Origin: Promethearchaeota archaeon
GTDB lineage: Archaea > Asgardarchaeota > Lokiarchaeia > Sigyniarchaeales > SOKP01
NCBI GenBank assembly: GCA_016839745.1
Contig: JAEOTS010000025.1
Coordinates: forward strand, 14,413 to 78,412
Reading direction: 5' to 3'
Length of the DNA: 64,000 nucleotides
The position numbers and the translations under genes are program-made. The stretch's first letter is position 1. The number at the start of each line of letters is the position of its first letter. This document shows positions 39,765 to 48,847 of this stretch, one piece after another. The notes under the pieces are model-generated. The model was not told the origin of the DNA and searched no databases. It saw nothing but the letters and a program-made list of their open reading frames with translations.

Positions 39765-40067
39765 ATGGAAGAAGAAAGACCAATTCCTCATATAGTAAGA
39801 ATGGACCAAGTCTTTGCAGTTGGAGGAACTTACGAGGATCCTTCAGAATTTACTCGTAAAGTTAACAAAAATCTGATGATTTTGCGACAAAGTGACAAGA
39901 ACTGTAAGGTAAAGGATATAAAATTTAGTGCTTTTTCCGATCCTCGATATTCCAACGCGGGTCCTATTCTGCTAGCTTTTATTATTGCTGAAGTCGATGT
40001 GGACATTACTCCAGAGCCTGAAGAACATGGCAAAAAACGAAAAAAGAAAAAGAAAAAGAGCAAATGA
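39765..40067 (+). CDS. Hypothetical protein with lysine-rich C-terminal tail
   Basis: 100-aa ORF ending KKRKKKKKKSK. Confidence 0.7.
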   Translation: MEEERPIPHIVRMDQVFAVGGTYEDPSEFTRKVNKNLMILRQSDKNCKVKDIKFSAFSDPRYSNAGPILLAFIIAEVDVDITPEPEEHGKKRKKKKKKSK

Positions 40068-40097
40068 ATTCCTTAATCCATCTTAATTTATCCTTGT

Positions 40098-40781
40098 TTA
40101 AAAGTCTGCTAATGGTATATTACCATCATAATATATAGTTTTTCCATCAAAACTAAGTTGTACTACATTAATTCTTATATTTTTCTCTCTTGCTTCAGAT
40201 AGTTTTGTTGAAAATTTAGGGTCAGTTTCAAAGTTAGGTTTAAATCTGGAAGCTTTGCGGAATACCAAAAATAAAAGCATTCCATTATTCTCAATAATTT
40301 CCTGTACATGTCGAGTTCCGCGTTCAGTAGGGGCGTCGGGAAATAATGCTAAATCCTCTTTTACAAGAGTAACTCCCTTTACTTCTAAAGGGACGCCATC
40401 TAAAAAGAAATCTATTCTACTTTTACCAAGTTGTACTTCCTTTCTTATTTCTTTTGCTTTGGCAGTTTCAGGTAGGTATGGAAAAACTCTCGAAGCTAAT
40501 TTAGAATGGATCGCTGTATCGATAAGAACCCATTCATCTTTATGCTTTACAGCTTTAACATAATAATCCAGTTTTCCGCGAGAATCAGTGAATAGGATTT
40601 CTCGACCTTTAATTAATAACTCCGTTAACCTTCCAGGATCGTGAATATGAGCAATTTTTATTTCATTATTATACTTTATTTCGCTTACAAATCGATTAGG
40701 GCGAGTCAAAAAAATTCCTTTTTTGAGATTTGGGAGTTCAAAAAGAGGTACCTTACTTTTATTCATTTCAAAATGGCTCAA
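40098..40781 (-). CDS. sfsA: SfsA PD-(D/E)xK nuclease family protein
   Basis: RPNRF, H.HDPGRL.EL, SRIDF, EVKGVTL, FPDAPTERG.RH. Confidence 0.93.
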   Translation of the reverse strand: MSHFEMNKSKVPLFELPNLKKGIFLTRPNRFVSEIKYNNEIKIAHIHDPGRLTELLIKGREILFTDSRGKLDYYVKAVKHKDEWVLIDTAIHSKLASRVFPYLPETAKAKEIRKEVQLGKSRIDFFLDGVPLEVKGVTLVKEDLALFPDAPTERGTRHVQEIIENNGMLLFLVFRKASRFKPNFETDPKFSTKLSEAREKNIRINVVQLSFDGKTIYYDGNIPLADF

Positions 40782-40884
40782 AATAGGAAGTATTTAATTA
40801 AGGTTATATTCATTGGATTTAAATAAATTTCATTATAGAATATAAACTATAGAGATAAATGGAGTTTCGCTTTAAACTAATATA

Positions 40885-41124
40885 ATGAGTGATACACCCG
40901 ATAACAGTAAAATTGTGAGTTACAAGTTCCACCATATTGATACAAATAAATGTAAAAGATGCGAAGCTTTTTCGTGCGAAGAAGCTTGCTTTAGAGGAAT
41001 TTATAAGGTCTTAAATAAAGATTCTGAACCTATGTGCGTTGTTGTAGAAGATCGAGAAGATCACTGCATTAAATGTCATATCTGTACTACAGCATGCAAA
41101 TTAAGAGCAATAACAATAGATTGA
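40885..41124 (+). CDS. 2[4Fe-4S] ferredoxin
   Basis: CKRC...CEEAC and CIKCHICTTAC. Confidence 0.85.
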   Translation: MSDTPDNSKIVSYKFHHIDTNKCKRCEAFSCEEACFRGIYKVLNKDSEPMCVVVEDREDHCIKCHICTTACKLRAITID

Positions 41125-41289
41125 GTCTAAAATATTAATTAGATTTTTATTATTGAAGCGAATTCCTTTTATGTTGATATTTTAAATTAGTTGGTGTAGT
41201 TTTTTTCATAATTTATAAAATATAAGTATATTTTTAATTTGTAAAATCATTATCTAATATAAAATTAAAATTAATATTAGGAAATTAAT

Positions 41290-41835
41290 ATGATTTCAGA
41301 CAAATTAAAGCTTGATGATATCGATCGCAGAATCATTACATTAGTACAAGACGATCCAAATTTAACTCACACTCAAATTGCTGAAAAAATCAGTAGGTCT
41401 CAACCAACTGTTGGAATGAGAATAAAAAAGCTTGAAAAAGAAGGAATCCTACAATTCCAACCGGGGATTAATTTCAGAAAGGTAGACCTATTTTTAGCAA
41501 CTGTGGAATTGAATACTAAACATCCAGATGAAATTCTTGCTATGGCGAAATTTTGTCCATTTATGCTGAACGCGTTTAGACTAAGTGGAGCTCATAACAT
41601 TTGTATTTTACTTGCGAGTTCTAAACTTGATAAATTGGATAATATCGTAAATTACCATTTTAGAAGCGATCCTGGTGTTCAATCTGTCTCAATGAATATG
41701 ATAACTGAAATCGCTAAAGACTTTATAATGCCCGTAGACTTCGCAAGTGAAGAACATCTTCCAACAATTGAGGCGGGATGCGGCGAAAAATGTAAATATA
41801 AGATGGCTAAACTAAAAGGATTAGAGACAGTTTAG
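41290..41835 (+). CDS. Lrp/AsnC regulator, Cys-containing
   Basis: LDDIDRRII...IAEKISRSQPTVGMRIKKLE. Confidence 0.92.
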   Translation: MISDKLKLDDIDRRIITLVQDDPNLTHTQIAEKISRSQPTVGMRIKKLEKEGILQFQPGINFRKVDLFLATVELNTKHPDEILAMAKFCPFMLNAFRLSGAHNICILLASSKLDKLDNIVNYHFRSDPGVQSVSMNMITEIAKDFIMPVDFASEEHLPTIEAGCGEKCKYKMAKLKGLETV

Positions 41836-41851
41836 AATGATTTCTCTTTTT

Positions 41852-42421
41852 TTAGCTTTCCTCTTCACTTGTATTAAATTTATAATTTGGTAGATTAACA
41901 TTCAAATTACAATCAGGACCGCAAACACTTGAATGAAAATCAAATTTCTCTATCTGAAAATCAATTGGAACTACAAAATCATGAACAGAGTCAATCAAAA
42001 TGTTTGTTTTCACGTTGATAACATTTGGATCTTTTCTAAAGCATAAATCTACTAATTTTTCGATGGTTTGAAGATCAGAAGCTGCAACAAAACAAAGCAA
42101 ATTAAATTCTCCAGAGATTTTGAACGCATGGTTGATGAAAGGACACTTCTCTATTTTACTAACTATTGTCTCTACATCTTTAGTTGATACGAAAACGATT
42201 GCGACTTTGATATCTACTTTCTTAATATTGAATCCAACTTGTCTTGTAAGTAGATGTTTTCTTTCTAATTTAATGATTCTTGCCCCTACAGCCGGTTGAG
42301 ACTTCTCTATTTCTCTTGCTATGTCACTATGCGTGACTGATGGATCTTTCTCGAGCATCTCAATTATCTTATAATCGTCGTCATCAATACCTAATATTTC
42401 CTTAAAAGTTTTTTTTATCAT
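41852..42421 (-). CDS. Lrp/AsnC regulator, Cys-containing (convergent paralogue)
   Basis: IDDDDYKII...IAREIEKSQPAVGARIIKLE. Confidence 0.92.
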   Translation of the reverse strand: MIKKTFKEILGIDDDDYKIIEMLEKDPSVTHSDIAREIEKSQPAVGARIIKLERKHLLTRQVGFNIKKVDIKVAIVFVSTKDVETIVSKIEKCPFINHAFKISGEFNLLCFVAASDLQTIEKLVDLCFRKDPNVINVKTNILIDSVHDFVVPIDFQIEKFDFHSSVCGPDCNLNVNLPNYKFNTSEEES

Positions 42422-42603
42422 AGTCTTTTTCCTCTACTATCTAGAGAAGCTATTAATTAATTAATTTGATTTTAATAAATTAAAATTTATTTAAATTTTA
42501 ACTTAAACAATATGAATAGTTATAATCAAGTCGTTTTATTTTATAAATTATTTTAGTATTTTTAGTGCTAATTTACTCTAGAAAAAATTTTTGAATTTTT
42601 TAC

Positions 42604-43566
42604 CTAAATTAAAGTTGTGAATATACTTAACATAAAAATAATGGCAGCAAAACCAATGAATCCAACTAAAAAATAAAGAGGTTGACCTTTTTCTTTTTCA
42701 GGAATTACTTCTCTAACTATTGTGTAGAGGATCACTCCCGAAACAAATGAAAAAAAGATATAGAATAACTCAGTGTACTCAAAACCTATTAAATCTAAAA
42801 TTAATCCAAACATAACTCCTAGGAAATTTGAAAGTGCGAGAACATATTTTCTGGTCATATTCTCATCAATATCGTAAGTATCGTAGATTTCCAGATCAGT
42901 AAATATGATGTGGCTTTCTGATCTGTTTGTTATTATTGCTCTAAACCAAGCGAATAGAAAAAATAAAATCCCCGCAGTTAAATCAATAGTTAATAATCCT
43001 ACTACGATAATCCCTACGAGAAGATGATATGAAAAATTCGTAAAAAAACGAAGACTGCTTAAATCTTCGTTGATGTGTGTTTGAATCTTAAACTTATAAC
43101 GATTTATTTCTTCTTTGAACTCTCCACCTTGTTTGTGTAAATCTGCTATTGTTAGGGCTATGTCCTTCAGAGCCATATCGTCTAAATCATCTTTTTCTAA
43201 TTCTTTAGTTAATATATTCTCGATATTTTCTTCAACTTTCTGCAGAATTTGTTCTTTTTTGATTAATTTGCGCATTCGCTTTTGCGATTTAGACTCTACC
43301 TTTTGTAAAATTAATTTTTCAGAAAGGTGGACAAATACAAAACCAATTAGCACAAATAAGTACTCAAAAAATGTAAGTTCAAATGGGAGTACGGGAATAT
43401 TTTCGGCTATTTCTGGGAGAAGAACTAAGAAGAAATAGGAGATAGAAATGCCCGCTATTAAGGAAATGTTGAGTTTAGGATGTGTTTGTTGATAAAAATC
43501 GACTATGAAAAAAAGCACACTAAATATTATTGAAATAATAGCTATAATTGTAAAAGTAATTGGCAT
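42604..43566 (-). CDS. Multi-pass membrane protein, ZIP-like, with a cytoplasmic coiled-coil loop
   Basis: AGISISYFFLVLLPE and FVSGVILYTIVREVIPE resemble ZIP TM motifs. Confidence 0.6.
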   Translation of the reverse strand: MPITFTIIAIISIIFSVLFFIVDFYQQTHPKLNISLIAGISISYFFLVLLPEIAENIPVLPFELTFFEYLFVLIGFVFVHLSEKLILQKVESKSQKRMRKLIKKEQILQKVEENIENILTKELEKDDLDDMALKDIALTIADLHKQGGEFKEEINRYKFKIQTHINEDLSSLRFFTNFSYHLLVGIIVVGLLTIDLTAGILFFLFAWFRAIITNRSESHIIFTDLEIYDTYDIDENMTRKYVLALSNFLGVMFGLILDLIGFEYTELFYIFFSFVSGVILYTIVREVIPEKEKGQPLYFLVGFIGFAAIIFMLSIFTTLI

Positions 43567-43738
43567 TAAATATTTGAATACGATTTTAATTTAAAAGGTT
43601 TTTAATATTATATCGGGATTAAAAATACGCTCTTCACGATCCAAAGAATGAAAATCATAAATATTTAAGGTATTTTTACTTGAATTCTATAATGACAATT
43701 TTAATAATTTCTATGAATTCTTAGAGAGGTGAGTCTTA

Positions 43739-44650
43739 ATACAATTCTTCATTATCACTTCGAAAGAAGATAAAGCCTCCATGAATATGCGAGAGGTTTT
43801 TTTAAATTCTAAACATTATTCTTTTATAGAGACTGGTGCGATATGGCATGAAAATCCAGTATTTAGTCTAAAGAAGTTAGCATTTGAAGGGCATAACGAT
43901 AATTTTCTTAATGAAAATCAAATATTTTTAGGTTTAACAATAGAGCCCCTCATATTCCTAGAAAATTTCGAAGTTGGTGGAGCTAATCTCAAACCCGATT
44001 TAATAATTTTCGCTAGTAGACATACATCAAAAACTGCACGACCCGCATTTTTAGTTCATACAACAGGTAATTGGAGTAATAATGCAGATTTTGGAGGAAA
44101 GCCTCAAGATTTATCCAAAACAAGTGCTCTACTACAAAAGGCAGGTTTTGAATCATTAAGAGGGCAACTAGAAAAATTCGATATCCCTGATTTTTCTTTA
44201 GATATGGAAGTAACTCATCATGGACCAACCACTTTAGATACTCCTTTGATATTCATGGAATTAGGGAGTAGTAAACAGGAATGGCTCATAAAAGAAGCAG
44301 GTGAAGTTGTAGCGAATGCTATTGTTAACACAGTTTTTAAATATCTAGTTTTTAAAAAGAAGAAAGATCAACAAGTTGGTTTAGGTTTTGGTGGTACTCA
44401 CTATGCTCCTAATTTTAATAGGTTAATTACCAATACTAATATCGCACTTTCATTTATCTGTCCAAAGTATTACATCCAAGAGTTAAACGAGATTTTTATT
44501 AAACTTATGATCAATAACACATTAGAAGATATTGATTACTTCATATTAGATTGGAAAGGTACTAATTCTGAAGACAAGAAACACTTGATTCCCTTACTTG
44601 AAAAATTTGACATTCCTGTGAGGAAAACAAGAAGCTTTTCAACAAATTAA
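43739..44650 (+). CDS. dtdA: D-aminoacyl-tRNA deacylase (archaeal DTD2); probable non-ATG start
   Basis: FASRH.S, VHTTGN, EVTHHGP, FMELGS, GFGGTHY; in-frame IQFFIITSKEDKAS upstream of ATG 43781. Confidence 0.88.
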   Translation: MQFFIITSKEDKASMNMREVFLNSKHYSFIETGAIWHENPVFSLKKLAFEGHNDNFLNENQIFLGLTIEPLIFLENFEVGGANLKPDLIIFASRHTSKTARPAFLVHTTGNWSNNADFGGKPQDLSKTSALLQKAGFESLRGQLEKFDIPDFSLDMEVTHHGPTTLDTPLIFMELGSSKQEWLIKEAGEVVANAIVNTVFKYLVFKKKKDQQVGLGFGGTHYAPNFNRLITNTNIALSFICPKYYIQELNEIFIKLMINNTLEDIDYFILDWKGTNSEDKKHLIPLLEKFDIPVRKTRSFSTN

Positions 44651-44679
44651 GTATGATTAATGTTCACAGTGGATAAATA

Positions 44680-45543
44680 CTACTCTTCTTTTAACTTCTC
44701 GTAGTATTCTACTAAATTTTTAAAAACATAATGACAAGCTACATAACCTTGAGTAGCTGCTTTTTGTAAAACGTTATTGAGAAACTCTTGATACTTAGAA
44801 TCCTCATTTATTGTCACATTTAATTCCCTTACATTGTAATAGCTACGATAAAATAGAGTTGGCCAATCTACTAGTGAACGAATAGTTTGATTGTAGGTCT
44901 TTTTACCTTCTTCAGATAACTCTAACTCTTTTTTTAAGCTATAGGAAAGAGATTTACCCTTTTTTACTTTAGTAATAAATCCATCTGAGGCTACTTCATG
45001 CATGTACGTTTTAAGTTGGTTGGATTTTAGTTGGATGTTTATTTTTTTAAGATTATCAATAATTTCTGTGGTCTTCTGGTCTTTAAATTTAATTAATAAA
45101 TAATTTCTTGCTAAAATATTGTATTTCAGGGGAACTGTTTCGTGATCTAACTGATTATATTGGATTAAATTACCCAAAATTTCTTTTGCAACAAAATATT
45201 TAAGAATAATTCGATCTTCTTCGTTGAAATTTTTTATAAAAATTTCAGAATCTTCAAAATAAGAGTTATAAAGAGCTGTTAGCAGCGATTTTATCGAATG
45301 AAATCCGTCTTCGAAGGAAATCTTTATAATGTTCAGAACTTTAATTCTATAATCTAAATTTGACAAAAATTTATCTTTCTCAACTTTAATAGAGCGAACT
45401 AAGTGGGGTTTTTCTTTTAGAGATGAAAAATTCTCGCCCCATTCTTTTTCAAAGCGATCAGATTGCGTTTTTGCGATGGTGTAAAGCTTATACACAACAG
45501 TGTATAATTTATTTAAGAATTCCTCTCCAGATACATTAGTCAT
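44680..45543 (-). CDS. Hypothetical protein (possible C-terminal winged helix)
   Basis: 287-aa ORF; DGFITKVKKGKSLSYSL looks like a wing. Confidence 0.7.
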   Translation of the reverse strand: MTNVSGEEFLNKLYTVVYKLYTIAKTQSDRFEKEWGENFSSLKEKPHLVRSIKVEKDKFLSNLDYRIKVLNIIKISFEDGFHSIKSLLTALYNSYFEDSEIFIKNFNEEDRIILKYFVAKEILGNLIQYNQLDHETVPLKYNILARNYLLIKFKDQKTTEIIDNLKKINIQLKSNQLKTYMHEVASDGFITKVKKGKSLSYSLKKELELSEEGKKTYNQTIRSLVDWPTLFYRSYYNVRELNVTINEDSKYQEFLNNVLQKAATQGYVACHYVFKNLVEYYEKLKEE

Positions 45544-45668
45544 CTACGAATCCCTTAACTTTCTAGCTTCTGTTTTTTAGATTTAATTATTATTAAACAC
45601 TAAAAAGTATTAAAGTTTTATTTAAAATAAGTAATATGTTATTATAATTGGGAAATTTAAAAAATAAG

Positions 45669-46061
45669 ATGGCAATAACCTTGAGAATAGATCACATTGC
45701 TGTAAGTTCGAATACCGAAGAAGATAGCGATAATTTTTTTGCCAAATTATTGGATATGAAAAAGGAGAGAGACTTCATTGTATCTAATGACCTTATGGAA
45801 CAATTTTTTGGAGTTAAAAAAGATCAAAGAATAGTTAGGTATGGAAATGATGAAGTAAGCGTTGAAGTTTTTATAACAGACGATAATAGCAAAATTCTAG
45901 ATAAATTTACACATCTATGCCTAATAATTGAGGATCGAGAAAAACTCATAGAAAAAGCAAAGCAATTAAATTTCAAAGTAATAAAAGTCCCAAGAAAGAA
46001 CAGTGACGGCTTTTATTTATTTTTAAAAGATCATTTCGGTAATCTATATGAGATTAAATAA
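45669..46061 (+). CDS. VOC/glyoxalase family protein
   Basis: IDHIAV, THLCL, FLKDHFGNLYEI. Confidence 0.88.
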   Translation: MAITLRIDHIAVSSNTEEDSDNFFAKLLDMKKERDFIVSNDLMEQFFGVKKDQRIVRYGNDEVSVEVFITDDNSKILDKFTHLCLIIEDREKLIEKAKQLNFKVIKVPRKNSDGFYLFLKDHFGNLYEIK

Positions 46062-46143
46062 CAATAACATTTTTTAGAGTAGATTTTTATTTAAACATGG
46101 GGCGTTTAATAATGCCTTAAAATAATGAATGTGAATATCACAA

Positions 46144-46917
46144 ATGCCCGGATCATATAAGCTAAAATTAGTCTTAGGTGGATCACGAAATTCAGGAAAA
46201 ACCACATTCATTAATAGCAATAGAAATAATAACAGCCCAATTGGTGTTTCTTTTGAATCTATTGAATGTTTCGTTAACGAAGGGGATCATTTTAAATTTA
46301 TTGTGTGGGATCTAAAAGATAACGCAAGATTTAAATTTCTTTTCCCTTATTTCTGTCGAGGCGCTAGTGCGGGATTATTATGTGTTGATTTATCAAATAA
46401 AGAATCATTTTTAGACTTAAGTAGGTGGATAAATCTTTTTAGGGAGAGTGCGGGAGGTATTCCAATACTTTTAATTGGAACTAAAGCCGATTTAGCAAAG
46501 AGAGAAGTAACAGATGAACTAATTAATGAAATCGTTGCTACAGAAGGAATTGAATATGCGGGGCATACATCCATATTGAATTTAGATAGTAAGATAGAAG
46601 AAGTATTTAAAAAATTAGTTCAAACTTTAAACCCAAATATTTCTATTCATTATTTTCATCTTTCCAAAAAGGAAGAAGATGAAGAATTTAAGCTTTTAGA
46701 AAGGTTCTTTGATCACTGCCCTATATGCAAAAAAATAAACCATCATAGTGCAAATTTGAGAAGGATTTATGCAAATAAGACCAACCCTGATACTATGGGT
46801 TTAAGAGAAAACCTAATTAGATTAGTTGATAATTTTGATTTTATTAATTTCGAATACTCTAACAAAATTTCTGTTGGAATTCCTTGTTGTGAGTGCTATA
46901 AAGAATTATTCGACTAA
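46144..46917 (+). CDS. Rab-like small GTPase with C-terminal Cys4 (Zn-binding) extension
   Basis: KLVLGGSRNSGKT, IGVSF, VWDL, RF...Y.RGA, GTKAD; CPIC...CCEC. Confidence 0.85.
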   Translation: MPGSYKLKLVLGGSRNSGKTTFINSNRNNNSPIGVSFESIECFVNEGDHFKFIVWDLKDNARFKFLFPYFCRGASAGLLCVDLSNKESFLDLSRWINLFRESAGGIPILLIGTKADLAKREVTDELINEIVATEGIEYAGHTSILNLDSKIEEVFKKLVQTLNPNISIHYFHLSKKEEDEEFKLLERFFDHCPICKKINHHSANLRRIYANKTNPDTMGLRENLIRLVDNFDFINFEYSNKISVGIPCCECYKELFD

Positions 46918-47333
46918 TTTTGTAAAATTCCAGACGCAATGATTATGTCTTTGTGATCAAATGCTAGCTTTAAAGATTCAATTTCTGAAACTAGCACAAT
47001 TTCTAAAGATTGAGCATCATCCTTTGCAATCGGGGTCTCAGTTTTAGTTAAAGGTTCACACAAAAAAGCAATAGAGAGATTATGCCCTCTGGGATCGCGT
47101 TTTGGTTCCGAAAATACCCCTATAAGATTAATAAGATTCACATTAATATTCGTTTCTTCATAAGCTTCTCTGATACACGCCGCTTCTACAGTTTCGCCTA
47201 CATTAACAAATCCTCCGGGTAGAGCTAATTCCCCTTTAAATGGCGGATTTTTTCTACGAATTAGAACTATAGAATTCTCTGGATATTTTATAACCGCATC
47301 AACAGCCACTAATGGAGTTATAGGTTTTTGCAT
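46914..47333 (-). CDS. NUDIX hydrolase (ADP-ribose pyrophosphatase-like)
   Basis: PGGFV..GETVEAACIREAYEET, RDPRGH, LAFDH. Confidence 0.92.
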   Translation of the reverse strand: MQKPITPLVAVDAVIKYPENSIVLIRRKNPPFKGELALPGGFVNVGETVEAACIREAYEETNINVNLINLIGVFSEPKRDPRGHNLSIAFLCEPLTKTETPIAKDDAQSLEIVLVSEIESLKLAFDHKDIIIASGILQN

Positions 47334-47335
47334 TA

Positions 47336-48142
47336 TTAATCATCCCATACATCGGAGCTCAATAAATGCTCTATCCGCGTTCGACGCGGTCTAACAAACT
47401 TAGTTCGACTTAATTTTCGTTCTAAAAGCAGACTGCTTTCGAGGTTTGTAGAATTTACTATAGATACTTCAATATCTCCCTCGTCTAAAATAATATGATT
47501 AAAGCTAGGACTATCATCTGCTCTAACTTTATTAGAAGCAGAAGTGCCACAGTAGAGGAATGTTGTCGGTCCAATGACATATGCGTGGGGTACGTGCCTA
47601 TGTCCCATTAACACCAAATCAATTTCAAATAACTGAGTAAATTCGAGAATTTCCCCAGCATCTCTTACTGTTGTAAATTTTTGCCCTGAAAGAGGTACTG
47701 GTATTAAGTGATGGTGAAGTGCCATTACTCTATTTTCGAGGTTCTTATCGCAGCACCTGCCTAAATAGTCTAACTGTTCATCTCCGATCATTCCTTCGCT
47801 CATATCATCCCTAGCGGAGCAAATTCCTACAATTAGAGTATCCAATTCATCCAATATTAATCTGGAACGACGAGGCCCAATTATTTTCTCGAAGTAGATT
47901 AGACCGGAATTTTTTGCATCGTGATTCCCTGGCACGACTAAAAATTTGGTGATATTCCTAATTCTCTGAATATAAGGAAGAATCGCGTGAAATTGAGTAA
48001 CTCTTCCTTTATGAATTAAATCTCCAGTACAAATCACTACATCTGGCTTTTTATCCCCAATGTAATTTATAACATTTTCCATATAATCAGGTACAAACTC
48101 GCTACCATAATGTAAGTCAGATATATGGATAATTTCGACCAA
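47336..48142 (-). CDS. Calcineurin-like metallophosphoesterase (CpdA-like)
   Basis: HISDLH, TGDL, PGNHD, HHH, GHRH. Confidence 0.92.
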   Translation of the reverse strand: MVEIIHISDLHYGSEFVPDYMENVINYIGDKKPDVVICTGDLIHKGRVTQFHAILPYIQRIRNITKFLVVPGNHDAKNSGLIYFEKIIGPRRSRLILDELDTLIVGICSARDDMSEGMIGDEQLDYLGRCCDKNLENRVMALHHHLIPVPLSGQKFTTVRDAGEILEFTQLFEIDLVLMGHRHVPHAYVIGPTTFLYCGTSASNKVRADDSPSFNHIILDEGDIEVSIVNSTNLESSLLLERKLSRTKFVRPRRTRIEHLLSSDVWDD

Positions 48143-48319
48143 ATTTTCTCATCTCCATCTATAAATAAACCTATTTTTCTATAAGGTGTTCTAATGCATA
48201 TTACATTTTAAACTATATTAAAGAATTTTAATTACATTTAGAAAAAGTTATAGTATTGTTTTCTCTACAAAAAAAACTGCTTTCAAAATGAGTTTAAATG
48301 ACTAAATTTTATAAAATTA

Positions 48320-48484
48320 TTAGACACATATTTGCTCGTTAAAAACATTCAGCATCTTCCTAGATTGAGATATTTTATCTAACAATAATTTATCTTTACA
48401 ATCTACGCATATATTTTTAGCTTTTAACCACCTAATTTGTCCACACTCAGGACAAAAAAACTCTTGATATACTAATTTCATCAT
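48320..48484 (-). CDS. Small Zn-ribbon (CPxCG) protein, 54 aa
   Basis: MMKLVYQEFFCPECGQIRWLKAKNICVDC...; GGTGA RBS upstream; not in the ORF track. Confidence 0.7.
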   Translation of the reverse strand: MMKLVYQEFFCPECGQIRWLKAKNICVDCKDKLLLDKISQSRKMLNVFNEQICV

Positions 48485-48495
48485 AAATTTCACCA

Positions 48496-48654
48496 TTAAA
48501 TTTTATTGTATTTTAGGATTTTAACTACGTCTAAATTAATCTGATCTATAATAATATCAAATGATTTCTCAAGTGGAGTGTCGATAAAATTCCTCTTGAG
48601 TTTTGAATAATCTTCCTCTTTTTCCGTTAAATCTTCCAATATTTCTTCAAACAT
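48496..48654 (-). CDS. Small hypothetical protein, 52 aa
   Basis: MFEEILEDLTEKEEDY...; stop lies just before the RBS of the Zn-ribbon gene. Confidence 0.4.
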   Translation of the reverse strand: MFEEILEDLTEKEEDYSKLKRNFIDTPLEKSFDIIIDQINLDVVKILKYNKI

Positions 48655-48847
48655 AATTAATCTAATATTTTCTCTTTTCTCTTTATTAATATAAGATTAA
48701 TTTTTGTTATAAGCGATTTCGCCATAGTTTATAGATTCTATATAGTTAAAATTTATATGTAAATGTTAGAAAAAACCAGATTTTGCTAAATAATCTGAAA
48801 ATATATATATAAAATTCTTAAAAAACCTAATGGAGACTATGAAAAAT

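Noticed and set aside
33254-41124. Selenocysteine readthrough in the redox genes (Lokiarchaeia encode Sec)
   Set aside because: The CxxC sites are Cys-encoded and the TGA stops fall at natural protein ends; no SECIS recognised, though no covariance search was run
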